Below are positions 1 to 11,169 of a stretch of DNA of 64,000 nucleotides, piece by piece. Each line of letters opens with the position of its first letter. Position 1 is the first letter of the stretch. The notes beneath the pieces are model-generated. The model saw only the letters and a list, made by a program, of their open reading frames with translations, did not search any database and had not been told where the DNA came from. This DNA is from Eubacteriales bacterium. GTDB taxonomy: Bacteria; Bacillota; Clostridia; Oscillospirales; CAG-382. A program made the translations under genes and the position numbers. The stretch covers positions 19,974 to 83,973 of the forward strand of contig JAZRXH010000100.1 in assembly GCA_045600125.1 (NCBI GenBank), in the 5' to 3' direction.

Positions 1-466
1 TCACGTCCAGAAGAATCTCGGGAAAGCGGTGGAGCATGTTCGTCCCTGCTGCGAAGTCCACGTAGGGGTAGCTGCGCTTGATGGCTTCCTTGCGGTATTC
101 CTGCGCCGGCATACAGCCCCAGATGCCGATGAGAAGCCCGGGCTTTTTCTCTTTCAGATGCCGGAGCTGTCCCGTTTTCGAGAGCGCCTTCAGCTCGGCG
201 TGCTCCCGCACGGCGCAGGTGTTGAAGACGATGAGGTCGGCGCTTTCGATGTCGGTCGTCTTCCCGTAGCCCATCTGCAGGGCGGTGCCCATCAGACGCT
301 CGCTGTCCGCCTCGTTCTGCTGACAGCCGAAGGTGCCGATGTAGACAAGCAGCTTATGTCCTGCTTCCGCCTCTTTTTCCGTCACCTTTTCTCGGACGAG
401 AGAGGCGAAACGGCGCTGGACCTCGATGTTGTGTACGTCGTTTATGTCAAAATCAAATTTTCTCAT
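1..466 (-). CDS. miaB: MiaB-family tRNA methylthiotransferase, N-terminal part (gene continues beyond window start)
   Basis: Not in ORF track (no stop inside window). Manual reverse translation from ATG at 464-466 gives MRKFDFDINDVHNIEVQRRF...LLVYIGTFGCQQNEADSERLMG...DLIVFNTCAVREHAELKA, the MTTase N-terminal (UPF0004) signatures. The listed + ORF 29..607 is its antisense shadow. Confidence 0.75.
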   Translation of the reverse strand, partial: MRKFDFDINDVHNIEVQRRFASLVREKVTEKEAEAGHKLLVYIGTFGCQQNEADSERLMGTALQMGYGKTTDIESADLIVFNTCAVREHAELKALSKTGQLRHLKEKKPGLLIGIWGCMPAQEYRKEAIKRSYPYVDFAAGTNMLHRFPEILLDV

Positions 467-537
467 ATTTTCGTTTTTTTGCCCTTTTCCTATTCACTTT
501 TTCGCATTTTTGAAGGGAGGAAAGCGGCAGAGCCGCC

Positions 538-1419
538 TTATTTTGCGCTCTCGCAGAGCTTCGTCAGCTCCTCCGGCGTGAAGCCGTACTTCTTGTCGCA
601 GAACTGACAGCCCACCTCGATGTCCCTGCCGTCCTTTATCATGTCGAGAAGCTCGCCCTTCCCGAGGGAGATGAGCGCTCTTTCGACCCGCTCCTTCGAG
701 CAGTCGCAGTGATAGGAGCAGTCGATCTCGTCGAAGATATCGAACTCGATGTCGCCGAGAATGTATTTCATGATCTCCTCGTTCGTTCTCGTGCCGTCGA
801 ACAGTCCCGATATGTTGGAGAAATAGGGGAGCCTCGCCTCGAGCCGGTCGATGAATTCATCCTCGGTGCCGGGGAGAAGCTGGACCATGATGCCGCCGGC
901 GCTGATGCACTTGTAGTCCCTGCCGATGAGCACGCCGAGAGCGCAGACGGTGGGGATCTGCTCGCTGCGGGCGAAGTATTCGGTGATGTCCTCGGCGATC
1001 TCTCCCGATACGATGGGGATCATGCCGCAGTACGGCTCGCCCTCGCCGTTGTCCCGGATGATGTACATATTGCCCGCTCCCACGGCGCCCGCCACGTCCA
1101 GCTTGCCGTTTGCCTTCGGAGGAAGATCCGCCTGAGGATTCTCCACACAGCCCTTTACGTTTCCGTAGTAGTCGCCGGTGGCGATGATCTTGCCGCATAC
1201 GCCGTCTCCCGCAAAGGTGAGAGTGGCGCTGTCGGTGGCGTTTTTCAGCATGACGCCGATCATCGAAGCCGCACTCAGTGTGCGTCCGAGAGCCGCCGCC
1301 GCTGTGGGGGACAGGTTGTGGAAGCGGATGGCGTCGTTCACCATTTCCCCGGAATTGATGACCAGGATCCTTGCACTGCCGTCGGTCGTCATGGCACGGC
1401 TTATCGTATTGTTTTTCAT
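538..1419 (-). CDS. hslO: Hsp33 redox-regulated chaperone
   Basis: 293 aa. C-terminal zinc centre CDCSKE...CQFCDKKY (CxC...CxxC) and overall Hsp33-like sequence. Confidence 0.9.
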   Translation of the reverse strand: MKNNTISRAMTTDGSARILVINSGEMVNDAIRFHNLSPTAAAALGRTLSAASMIGVMLKNATDSATLTFAGDGVCGKIIATGDYYGNVKGCVENPQADLPPKANGKLDVAGAVGAGNMYIIRDNGEGEPYCGMIPIVSGEIAEDITEYFARSEQIPTVCALGVLIGRDYKCISAGGIMVQLLPGTEDEFIDRLEARLPYFSNISGLFDGTRTNEEIMKYILGDIEFDIFDEIDCSYHCDCSKERVERALISLGKGELLDMIKDGRDIEVGCQFCDKKYGFTPEELTKLCESAK

Positions 1420-1480
1420 TTTTTCTCTGCTGTCCTTTCGGTTTTTCCTGCCGTATTACGGTTTCCCTTTTGTTTTTCGC

Positions 1481-2785
1481 TTAGTCCCTGACGATTTGCG
1501 GGATCTCTTCCCTGGTGTTTTTTGCAAAAACGCAGTCCTTCACGTTGAGCCCCTTCACATTTTCGATGGCGGCGGGAACGACGCCGGAAAGCGAGCAGCT
1601 TTCAAAATAAAGGTTTTCGATGTCGTAGCCCGCAAGCCCGAATACCTCAAGTCCCGCTGCGGCACAGCCGCACTTTACGTTCACAAAGGAGAAATTCCGT
1701 ACCTTCGGCACGTCGGTGACCGGCGCCGACTGATCGTCCAGCGGCTCGCCGTTGTATCTCTGGGTCACCCGGATGCCGGTATTTTTGGCGGAGGCGACGG
1801 TGATGTTCTCAAAGTCGATGTTCTCGATGACGCCGCCCCGTCCCTTCATGGTCTTGATATTGATCCCCATCAGCATATTGCCCACGGTGCAGTCGTGGAT
1901 GTAGGCGTTGCGGATGCCGGCGCTGGTCTCGCTGCCGACGGTGAAGCCGCCCCGGCTCTTTTCGGCATGGCAGTTGCGCACCTCGATGTCCTCGCAGGGA
2001 ATACCAACCGCCCAGGCGTCGGGACCCTTTCCCGCCTTGAGGCAGATCATGTCGTCGCCGGTGGAAACGGTGCAGTTCTCGATGAGTCCCCGCTTGCAGG
2101 ACTCGAAGTTGATGCCGTCGGTGTTCGGTGCGTCGCTTGTGGGATTTATGACGTTGATGCCCCGCACCGTGATGTTCCGGCACCACGCCGGATGTACCGT
2201 CCAGGAGGGGCTCATGGTGAAGGTGACGCCCTCGATGAGCACGTTCTCGCACTCGACGAACTGGAGCATCCTCGGACGCACGCCGTCCTCCGGCTTGTCG
2301 TAGACACGGCTCTCCACGGGACGGCCTTCCCGACCTGCCCGCATCAGATCCTCCATGCCGGGCTGATGCTGCTTCATATACCACCAGACCTCGCCGTGCC
2401 CGTTGAAGGTGCCGCTGCCGGTGACCGCTATGTTTTTTCTGCCTCTCGCATACAGAAAATGCGATACGCTGTATACCCGGTTTCCCACGAGGATGCCGAA
2501 GACCACGGGGAGATAGTCGTAAAAATTCCTGCTGAATTCCACAAGGCTTCCCGCCTCGAGGTGCAGATCCACGTTGTCCTCCAGATGGATGGGACCCGTG
2601 AGCCACGTCCCTTCCGGAATGATCACGTGACCGCCGCCCTGCTCCGAGCAGGTACGGATCGCCTTCTTTATCGCCTCGGTGCACATTTCGATGCCGCCCT
2701 CGACGGCGCCGAAATCACGGATGTCGTATTTTTCCTCCCGGAACGTCGGAGGCACGGGGAGGGGAAAGGGTTTGAAATATCTCAT
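1481..2785 (-). CDS. Glycoside hydrolase family 28 (polygalacturonase/exo-galacturonidase-like), cytoplasmic
   Basis: GH28 motifs NTDGINF, TGDDMICLK, RGGFTVGSE, INIKT. Start moved to MRYFKPF (ATG 2783-2785) behind AGGAGA RBS, because the longer track ORF would overlap the upstream gene. No signal peptide. Confidence 0.85.
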   Translation of the reverse strand: MRYFKPFPLPVPPTFREEKYDIRDFGAVEGGIEMCTEAIKKAIRTCSEQGGGHVIIPEGTWLTGPIHLEDNVDLHLEAGSLVEFSRNFYDYLPVVFGILVGNRVYSVSHFLYARGRKNIAVTGSGTFNGHGEVWWYMKQHQPGMEDLMRAGREGRPVESRVYDKPEDGVRPRMLQFVECENVLIEGVTFTMSPSWTVHPAWCRNITVRGINVINPTSDAPNTDGINFESCKRGLIENCTVSTGDDMICLKAGKGPDAWAVGIPCEDIEVRNCHAEKSRGGFTVGSETSAGIRNAYIHDCTVGNMLMGINIKTMKGRGGVIENIDFENITVASAKNTGIRVTQRYNGEPLDDQSAPVTDVPKVRNFSFVNVKCGCAAAGLEVFGLAGYDIENLYFESCSLSGVVPAAIENVKGLNVKDCVFAKNTREEIPQIVRD

Positions 2786-2831
2786 GCTTTCGTTTCTCCT
2801 GTTCGTATGTTTTTCTGTGAAAAAAGTCCCG

Positions 2832-3587
2832 TCACTTTTTCGGTTTTCTTGCCGCCCAGTACAGCCGCTCGTCGCTTTCTTCGTCGGCTTCTCTGAAATC
2901 GAAATCGCCGTACACGCCGCAGAACTCAAGTCCCGCCCGTTCCAGCATCCTCTTTATCGAGCGGACGGTGTACATCCTTTCCCGGTGCTCCTCGTCGCTT
3001 CGCTCGTAAAGACCCTCCGGCGTTTCCTTAAAAAGCGTTATGCAGATATCGCAAAGGCGCTTCTCGGCGTCGTAAAAGTTCTGCCACGTGCAGAAGATGC
3101 CGTCCTCCTCGTAGGAGTAGGCGTTGTCGCCGTACACGTTTTCGAATTTGTATTTCGAGTTCGTATCGAAGAGAAAAAGCCCGCCGTCGTTCAGCGCATT
3201 TTTTGCGCTTTCAAGGCAGGAAACAAAATCCCGGGGCTTTGTGAGATAGTTGATGCTGTCCAGTGTGCAGACGCAGGCGTCGACCTTCTTTGCGAGGACG
3301 AAGGAACGCATGTCCGCCTCTACGAAGAACGCCCGGAGTCCCGCCTCCCGCAGCTTCTTTTCCGCACCCGAAAGCATTTCCGGGGAGATGTCCGAGGCGA
3401 TCACGTCGTAGCCCTTCCGTACAAGCTCGGCGGTCATGCTTCCGGTGCCGCAGGCAATCTCCAGAACGTTCTTCACGGGGATCTGTGCGTGCTTTTCAAA
3501 AAGGCGGGATACGAACTGCGCCCATGCGCCGTAATCCAGCATATCGTTCCACTTGTCGTACATTTCGGCAAGAACGCTTCCGTACAT
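2832..3587 (-). CDS. Class I SAM-dependent methyltransferase
   Basis: SAM motif I VLEIACGTGSMT. Start set at MYGSVLAEMY (GGAGG RBS 8 nt upstream). Confidence 0.75.
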   Translation of the reverse strand: MYGSVLAEMYDKWNDMLDYGAWAQFVSRLFEKHAQIPVKNVLEIACGTGSMTAELVRKGYDVIASDISPEMLSGAEKKLREAGLRAFFVEADMRSFVLAKKVDACVCTLDSINYLTKPRDFVSCLESAKNALNDGGLFLFDTNSKYKFENVYGDNAYSYEEDGIFCTWQNFYDAEKRLCDICITLFKETPEGLYERSDEEHRERMYTVRSIKRMLERAGLEFCGVYGDFDFREADEESDERLYWAARKPKK

Positions 3588-3692
3588 GAAAGACCTCCGA
3601 TTTATCCGGTGCCGTTCCGCCGACGTCCGCCTTGCGGCAAAGAGATCCGGGACAGAACACAATACCCATTATAAAATAAAAATACAGTATAT

Positions 3693-3721
3693 ATTATACA
3701 CCTGCAAAACGCTTTTGTAAA
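3693..3721 (-). promoter_or_regulatory. Sigma-A-type promoter for methyltransferase/GH28/hslO unit
   Basis: Minus strand reads TTTACA - 17 nt - TATAAT (-35 = 3716-3721, -10 = 3693-3698), about 105 nt upstream of the ATG at 3587. Confidence 0.45.
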
Positions 3722-3788
3722 CACCCCATTGTGGCAAATTTTTGAATTTTTGCGGAAAGTTTCATTAAATCACAAAACCCGGGAAGCG

Positions 3789-3827
3789 AAAGAAAAAGCG
3801 GCTCCCCGCCGGGAATGCGGAAAGCCG
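3789..3827 (-). terminator. Rho-independent terminator downstream of DeoR regulator
   Basis: Minus strand has an 11-bp stem CGGCTTTCCGC/GCGGGGAGCCG (two G-U pairs) followed by CTTTTTCTTTC. Confidence 0.6.
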
Positions 3828-3858
3828 TTTAACAAATCTGATTTCTGTATGTACCGTG

Positions 3859-4710
3859 TTATGACTTTTTTTCCTCGAGCCGCCGCAGAGCCTCCAGCTC
3901 CTCCTCGGTGAGGCATTTCGTGACGTAATCCGGGTTGTGGCGTTCGCCGGACAAAAGGACACGGAGGTCCGGATAGGCGGATACGTCCAGCATCGAGACC
4001 GGGACCTTGCGGTCGGTGACGAGCACGTCCACGTCCTGCAGACCGCAGAAGGTGTAGGGGAGGGACTTGTCGATCTTGGAGGCGTCCATCAGCATGACCA
4101 CCGTGCGTGCCTTCTTCACCACGAAACTCTTCAGCTCGCTCTCGGCAAAGTTGCCGCAGGTGAAGCCGCCGGTGTGGGAATATCCGGAAGGGGTGAGAAA
4201 CGCCACGTCGATGGGCACGTCCGCCAGAAAATCCACTGCCAGCTGTCCCGTGACCGAGATGCTCTCCCGGTTGATGATTCCGCCGCAGAGCACCACGATG
4301 GGCAGGGATTTTTTGGACAGCTCCATAGCGATGTTGAGTCCCGGCGTTGCCACGGTCAGATGCTCGTCCGGAAAGATTTCGGCAAGGCGCATGGCGGTGG
4401 TGCCGGAGTCGATGAAATAGGAGCGTCCCGGCTCCACAAGGGAAACCGCTTTGGCGGCGATCGACATCTTGGATATGCTGTTTTCCTTGTCCCTTGCGGC
4501 ATAGCCGTCGTCGGTGGTGGCGGTGATGAACTTCATGCTTCTCGCTCCGCCCCGTACCTTGATGAGAGCGCCCTGCTTCTCGAAAAACTCGATGTCACGG
4601 CGCAGCGTCATGCTGGTGACGTCGGGAAATTTTTCTTCGAGCTCCCTCAGAGAAATGAACGGCTTTGACTCAATAAGCTCCGCTATTAGCTGTCTTCTCG
4701 CTGCTTTCAT
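3859..4710 (-). CDS. DeoR-family transcriptional regulator
   Basis: N-terminal wHTH RRQLIAELIESKPFISLRELEEKFPDVTSMTLRRDIEFFEKQG plus DeoR C-terminal sugar-binding-type domain. Start set at MKAARRQ. Confidence 0.8.
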   Translation of the reverse strand: MKAARRQLIAELIESKPFISLRELEEKFPDVTSMTLRRDIEFFEKQGALIKVRGGARSMKFITATTDDGYAARDKENSISKMSIAAKAVSLVEPGRSYFIDSGTTAMRLAEIFPDEHLTVATPGLNIAMELSKKSLPIVVLCGGIINRESISVTGQLAVDFLADVPIDVAFLTPSGYSHTGGFTCGNFAESELKSFVVKKARTVVMLMDASKIDKSLPYTFCGLQDVDVLVTDRKVPVSMLDVSAYPDLRVLLSGERHNPDYVTKCLTEEELEALRRLEEKKS

Positions 4711-5094
4711 TTTCGCATTCACACCGCCTTCCGAATTGGGCTGACCGGAGCCGGGCATCCGCAGAGCACGGGACGGATCATTTCCGTAAATTACCCGATG
4801 CCTGCAAAAGCCGAGCCTGAACTTTATCAAATTTTACCATGGATATACAATTATGTCAAGTGCTTTAGAGAAATATTGTAAAAATCGACCGTCTTTTGCT
4901 GTAAATCATTGGTGAAAATGCACAAATAATAGTGGATGCGTGCTACATATGTGTAAATTCCGTATCGTCTGCATCACCGTCAGCAGGCAGAAGAAAACGC
5001 CTGAACCGGTCCCGCTTCTGCGGGGAAAAACGAGCGACATGCAAGAGTTTACAAAAAAATAACAAAATGTTATCTTAATACCGAAGGACGGCTC

Positions 5095-5123
5095 TTGCAT
5101 TTTCTTGGGAAAAGTATTAGAAT
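5095..5123 (+). promoter_or_regulatory. Candidate promoter of pfkA
   Basis: TTGCAT - 17 nt - TAGAAT in an AT-rich 526-bp intergenic region. Confidence 0.35.
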
Positions 5124-5236
5124 AATTAACTGAAAATAATTTTTCGCCCACATTAAAGATTCAGTGAAAAATACTTGGAATAGAAAGCCGGAGCGCACCG
5201 ACGATTGCGCCTGCGGCACGAGAAAGGAAACCCGAT

Positions 5237-6307
5237 ATGGAAGGCAAAAAGTTCAGAAGAATAGGCGTTCTCACCTCCGGCGGCGATGCTCCCGGCATGA
5301 ATGCGGCAGTGAGAAGCGTTGTAAGGACCGCCGTCAACAACGGCGTGGAGGTCATGGGCATCATCGGCGGCTACAGAGGACTCATCGACAACGAGATGAA
5401 GCTGCTCGGCGCAGGCGACGTGTCCAATATCATCAACGAGGGCGGTACCTTCCTCTATACCGACCGCTGCGACGAATTCCGCTATGAAGCGGGCATGCAG
5501 AAGGCGCTGAAGGTGGCTGCCGAGAATAAGATCGACGGTCTTGTGACCATCGGCGGCGACGGCACCTTCCGGGGTGCGCAGGACATGACAAGAAGAGGTC
5601 TTCCCTGCATCGGCGTGACCGGCACCATCGACAACGACGTATCCTCCTCCGACTATACCGTCGGCTTCGATACCGCCATGAACACCGTCGTGGAAATGGT
5701 GGACAGACTCCGTGATACCTGCGAATCCCACGCAAGATGCAACGTGGTCGAGGTCATGGGACGGGATGCCGGCTACATCGCCGTACAGACCGCCATCGCC
5801 GTAGGCGCTACCGGCGTTGCCGTCAAGGAGATCCCATTCGACGCCGATGCCGTCATCGCCAAGATCCACAACTCAAGACTCGCCAAGAAGCGCAACTTCA
5901 TCGTCATCGTTTCCGAGGGCATGGGCAGTGAATTCAGCGAAGGCTTCGCCAAGCGCATCGAAGCGGAGACCGGCGTGGAAACCAAGTTCGCAAGACTTGC
6001 GCACGTGCAGAGAGGCGGCAGACCTACCCTCCGCGACAGAGTCGCCGCAAGCCGCATGGGCGAATACGCCGTAAAGCTCCTTCTCGACGGCAAGTCGAAT
6101 CTTGTCGTTACCGAGAACGACGGCGTCATCACGAGCCACGATATCGAGTGGGCTCTCATGTACGACAGAATATACAAGGGCAAGGCAAAGCCCGAGGAGA
6201 TCGCAAAGCTCGATCCCAAGGTCTATGCCGAAATGGTCGCTCTCGCCGAGGTAAAGCACGCAAGATTCAAGGAGCTTTACGACCTCGCCTGCAGCATCTC
6301 CATCTGA
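5237..6307 (+). CDS. pfkA: ATP-dependent 6-phosphofructokinase
   Basis: IGVLTSGGDAPGMNAA, TIGGDGTFRGA, GTIDNDV motifs. 356 aa, with a C-terminal extension relative to the ~320-aa enzymes. Confidence 0.92.
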   Translation: MEGKKFRRIGVLTSGGDAPGMNAAVRSVVRTAVNNGVEVMGIIGGYRGLIDNEMKLLGAGDVSNIINEGGTFLYTDRCDEFRYEAGMQKALKVAAENKIDGLVTIGGDGTFRGAQDMTRRGLPCIGVTGTIDNDVSSSDYTVGFDTAMNTVVEMVDRLRDTCESHARCNVVEVMGRDAGYIAVQTAIAVGATGVAVKEIPFDADAVIAKIHNSRLAKKRNFIVIVSEGMGSEFSEGFAKRIEAETGVETKFARLAHVQRGGRPTLRDRVAASRMGEYAVKLLLDGKSNLVVTENDGVITSHDIEWALMYDRIYKGKAKPEEIAKLDPKVYAEMVALAEVKHARFKELYDLACSISI

Positions 6308-6355
6308 TTTTCCTGATTTTTTGCCGCCTGCAAAAAGCCTTTGCAGTGCGGCTTT

Positions 6356-6406
6356 CCGCCGCAGCGTCCGGAGAAATCCAGGACTGCGGCGGCTTTGTTT
6401 TTTTTA
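6356..6406 (+). terminator. Rho-independent terminator after pfkA
   Basis: 9-bp stem CCGCCGCAG/CTGCGGCGG followed by CTTTGTTTTTTTTATT. Confidence 0.75.
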
Positions 6407-6519
6407 TTCGGCACATCATTTGTGAATGGACGTTTAACAATGCCTGCGGCGTGTGAGAAAAGAAACGCCGAAAATAGTGCATATTGCCCAAAATATGCGA
6501 ATATATTAAAAAATAACTA

Positions 6520-6548
6520 TTGAAATACGACGAAAACGGGTGTATAAT
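6520..6548 (+). promoter_or_regulatory. Promoter of glycogen operon
   Basis: TTGAAA - 17 nt - TATAAT (preceded by TG), 118 nt upstream of the glgB start. Confidence 0.5.
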
Positions 6549-6665
6549 ATCTATACTCAGTATAGATTACCTTACAGAGGCGGCGACGTGCCTCAAAAAG
6601 AGACCGAAAAGGCAAACAATGACCGGCTGCGCATACGGGCAGCGAAAGGAGCAAGGGCAGTACCT

Positions 6666-8600
6666 ATGCCGAAAAAAGTTTCCGATAATCTTGCCTACTA
6701 CTTCTTCAACGAAGGAACGAATTACCACGCCTACGAATATCTCGGCGCCCATCCGGTACCGGGGGCGGACGCCTGCACCTACGTGTTCCGTGTCTGGGCT
6801 CCCAACGCCGACTGCGTGTCGCTTTGCGGCGACTTCTGCTCCTGGGATGAGGGCATCGCCATGCACCCGGTGGAGAACAGCGGGATCTGGGAATGCACGG
6901 CGCAGGGCGTACACGTATACGACTGTTACAAATTCAGAATAACGAACGGCGACAAGGTGCTTTACAAGGCGGATCCTTACGCCTTCCACGCCGAGCTTCC
7001 GCCGGGAACCGCCTCGAAGGTGTACGATATTTCCGGCTACGAATGGCACGACGATGCGTGGATGGAGCACCGTCGGAAGGAAGCGGAAAACGGAAGATTT
7101 TCACGTCCTCTCAACATCTACGAGCTCCATCTCGGCTCGTGGAAGCTCCACGACGACGGCAACTTCTACTCCTACCGGGATCTTGCCCGGGAGCTGGTGC
7201 CCTACGTCAAGCAGATGGGCTATACCCACGTGGAGCTGATGCCGGTCATGGAGCATCCCTTCGACGGCTCCTGGGGCTATCAGGTGACGGGGTATTACGC
7301 TCCCACCTCCCGCTACGGCACGCCCCACGATTTCATGGCTTTCGTGGACATCCTGCACAGCGCCGGCGTCGGCGTCATTCTCGACTGGGTGCCCGCTCAT
7401 TTCCCGAAGGACGCCCACGGTCTGTGCGAATTCGACGGCGTACCGCTGTACGAATATCAGGGCAAGGACCGGATGGAGCACGAGGGCTGGGGCACAAGAC
7501 GCTTCGACGTAGGCAGGAACGAGGTGGAATGCTTCCTCGTGTCCAATGCCGACTACTGGGCGGGCGTGTACCACTGCGACGGTCTGCGGGTGGACGCCGT
7601 AGCCTCGATGCTGTACCTCGATTACGACAAAAAGCCCGGCGAATGGGTGCCCAACATATACGGCGAGAATAAGTGCCTCGAGGCAATCGCCTTCTTCCAG
7701 AAGCTGAACTCCCATATGGCGGGGAGTTTTCCCGAGCTGCTCATGATCGCCGAGGAATCCACGGCATACGCCAACGTCACCCGCTTTGAAAACGGAGGTC
7801 TGGGCTTCACCTACAAGTGGAACATGGGCTGGATGAACGACGTCCTCGACTACTGCGCCACCGACCCTCTCTTCCGCAAGGGCAAGCACGGACAGATGAC
7901 CTTCTCGCTCTGCTACGCCTTCAGCGAGAACTATATCCTGCCGATCTCCCACGACGAGGTGGTCCACGGCAAAAAGTCGCTTCTCGACCGGATGCCGGGC
8001 GAGTACGGGAAAAAGTTTGCGACCGCCCGTGCCTTCCAGACCTATATGATGACCCATCCCGGCAAGAAGCTCCACTTCATGGGCAACGAGATCGGTCAGT
8101 TCCGGGAATGGGACTACAAGGGACAGATCGAATGGTTCCTTCTCGACTACGACCTTCACCGAAAGCTGCAAAGGTTCCATGCGGACCTCAACAACTTGTA
8201 TCTTTCCCGCTGTGAGCTGTGGGAGCAGGATACCTCCTGGGCGGGCTTCGACTGGCTGATGGCAGACAACTGCGACAACAGCATTTTCGCCTATATGCGC
8301 TACAATTCCCATGGCGACGGGCTCCTTACGGTACTGAACTTCACCCCCAACGACCACAAGGGCTTCAAGGTGGGCTTCCCGTATGAGGCGACCCTTACCG
8401 AGCTTATTAACTCCGACGATGAAAAATACGGCGGAGGAGGGATGACGAATCCGAAAAAGCTCCGCACGAAGAAAGAGCCCTTCGACGGGCGGGAATATTC
8501 CCTCACCTTCGATCTTCCGCCTCTTTCCGGCGTGATCCTCGAGGGAAAAAGGGTCAACCGAAAACCGAAAAAGACCCCGGACGAAAAAGAGAAAAAATGA
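6666..8600 (+). CDS. glgB: 1,4-alpha-glucan branching enzyme
   Basis: GH13 regions DGLRVDAVASM, MIAEEST, SHDEVVHGK. Start set at MPKKVSDN behind AAAGGAG RBS. Confidence 0.92.
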   Translation: MPKKVSDNLAYYFFNEGTNYHAYEYLGAHPVPGADACTYVFRVWAPNADCVSLCGDFCSWDEGIAMHPVENSGIWECTAQGVHVYDCYKFRITNGDKVLYKADPYAFHAELPPGTASKVYDISGYEWHDDAWMEHRRKEAENGRFSRPLNIYELHLGSWKLHDDGNFYSYRDLARELVPYVKQMGYTHVELMPVMEHPFDGSWGYQVTGYYAPTSRYGTPHDFMAFVDILHSAGVGVILDWVPAHFPKDAHGLCEFDGVPLYEYQGKDRMEHEGWGTRRFDVGRNEVECFLVSNADYWAGVYHCDGLRVDAVASMLYLDYDKKPGEWVPNIYGENKCLEAIAFFQKLNSHMAGSFPELLMIAEESTAYANVTRFENGGLGFTYKWNMGWMNDVLDYCATDPLFRKGKHGQMTFSLCYAFSENYILPISHDEVVHGKKSLLDRMPGEYGKKFATARAFQTYMMTHPGKKLHFMGNEIGQFREWDYKGQIEWFLLDYDLHRKLQRFHADLNNLYLSRCELWEQDTSWAGFDWLMADNCDNSIFAYMRYNSHGDGLLTVLNFTPNDHKGFKVGFPYEATLTELINSDDEKYGGGGMTNPKKLRTKKEPFDGREYSLTFDLPPLSGVILEGKRVNRKPKKTPDEKEKK

Positions 8601-8678
8601 CCCGGACAGCATGCCCGGACGAGTATATCCCATTTCAAGCAGGACAGCACAGACAATACAGAAAGGACGGAAACGCAT

Positions 8679-9863
<1,185 letters not shown>

Positions 9864-9880
9864 GGAAGGGGGAAACGGCA

Positions 9881-11014
9881 ATGACGGCAGTAGGACTTAT
9901 CTTTTCCAATATCCACGACAGAAACATCACCGAAATGACCGCAAAGCGCACCATGGCGTCGGTCCCCTTCGGCGGAAGATACCGGCTCATCGACTTCGCT
10001 CTTTCCAACATGGTGAACTCCGGCATCAGCAAGGTAGGCATCATTACCCACTATAATTACCAGTCGCTCCTCGACCATATCGGAAACGGAAAGGACTGGG
10101 ATCTCGCCCGCCGTTCGGGCGGCATCAAGATCCTTCCTCCCTTCATCACCGCCTATGACAACGGAAGCGCCGGCAAGCTCTATTCCACAAGGCTTGAGGC
10201 GATTATGGGCGTGAACAACTTCATCAACCGCTGCACCGAGGACTTCGTGGTCATGTCGGACTGCGACGTGATCTGCAACATCGACCTTGCAAAGGTCATA
10301 AAGGCGCACGAGGAAAGCGGCGCCGAGCTGACCATCGTGACCAAGAAGGTGACCCTTTCGGGAGCCGACGGCGGCAAGCACAAGATCGTGGAGATCGGTG
10401 AGAACAACGACATCACCGATATGTACGAGGGCAGAGCCGATACGGGGGGCGAAAAGACGGTTTCCGCCAACATCATGGTCATCCGCCGGAAGGTCCTTCA
10501 GCACATCGTGCTGGAAGCGATCACCCACGGCTACCACAGCTTCACGAGAGACGTCATCGGCATCATGGCAAGGAAGCACACCGTCAAGGCGTATCCCTTC
10601 GACGGCTTCTATGCCTCCATCAGCTCGATGGCGGGCTACTTCAAGACGAGCATGCAGCTCCTTGAGCCCGAGGTGAGAAAGGGACTGTTCGACGTGAAGT
10701 ACCGTCCCATCATGACCAAGGTCCGCAACTCCGCTCCCGCAAAGTATTTGGAGGGCGCCAGGGTCACGAATTCCATCGTCGCCGACGGCTGTATCATCGA
10801 GGGCGTGGTGGAGAACTCGGTGCTGTTCCGGGGCGTCAAGGTCGGAAAGGGGACGGTTGTCAGAAACTCCATCCTCCTGCAGGATTCCTACGTGGGAGAC
10901 GGAACGAGCCTGAACTGCGTCGTCACCGATAAAAACGTGGTGATCCGGGACGGCAGAAGCCTATCCGGTCACGAGACCATGCCCTTCTTCATCGGCAAGG
11001 ACGCCGAAATATAA
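9881..11014 (+). CDS. glgD: Glucose-1-phosphate adenylyltransferase regulatory subunit GlgD
   Basis: GlgC paralog lacking the GGxGxRL motif (FGGRYRLIDFALSN), located directly after glgC as in Firmicutes glgBCDAP operons. Confidence 0.85.
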   Translation: MTAVGLIFSNIHDRNITEMTAKRTMASVPFGGRYRLIDFALSNMVNSGISKVGIITHYNYQSLLDHIGNGKDWDLARRSGGIKILPPFITAYDNGSAGKLYSTRLEAIMGVNNFINRCTEDFVVMSDCDVICNIDLAKVIKAHEESGAELTIVTKKVTLSGADGGKHKIVEIGENNDITDMYEGRADTGGEKTVSANIMVIRRKVLQHIVLEAITHGYHSFTRDVIGIMARKHTVKAYPFDGFYASISSMAGYFKTSMQLLEPEVRKGLFDVKYRPIMTKVRNSAPAKYLEGARVTNSIVADGCIIEGVVENSVLFRGVKVGKGTVVRNSILLQDSYVGDGTSLNCVVTDKNVVIRDGRSLSGHETMPFFIGKDAEI

Positions 11015-11169
11015 GAAAAAAGCCTTCTGCCGCTTCGCCGTTTTTTCTGCGGGGCGGCAGTGCGGCGGTCATTCTGCAATCTGCCGTAAAAGTGCAGGGC
11101 TGTGCGGAATTTCGATATCAGCAAAGACAACGAGCGAACAACGAGCGAAAGGAAAACAGGAAAACGGAC

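Noticed and set aside
29-607. 192-aa plus-strand ORF at the left edge of the window.
   Set aside because: It overlaps, in antisense, the clearly recognisable MiaB-family N-terminal domain (minus strand, 1-466) and the hslO 3' end. It has no motifs.
4906-5151. 81-aa minus-strand ORF in the DeoR/pfkA intergenic region.
   Set aside because: It sits in an AT-rich promoter region and has no RBS. Its composition is atypical compared with real genes here, and it overlaps the predicted pfkA promoter.
6540-6665. N-terminal extensions given by the ORF track. Affected genes are glgB, glgA, smpB, yifB, HAD, MntR, tepA, rpmG, GH28, the methyltransferase, DeoR and CvpA.
   Set aside because: In each case an internal ATG preceded by a GGAGG-like RBS coincides with the conserved family N terminus. 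The upstream extension is unconserved-looking sequence and often overlaps the previous gene.
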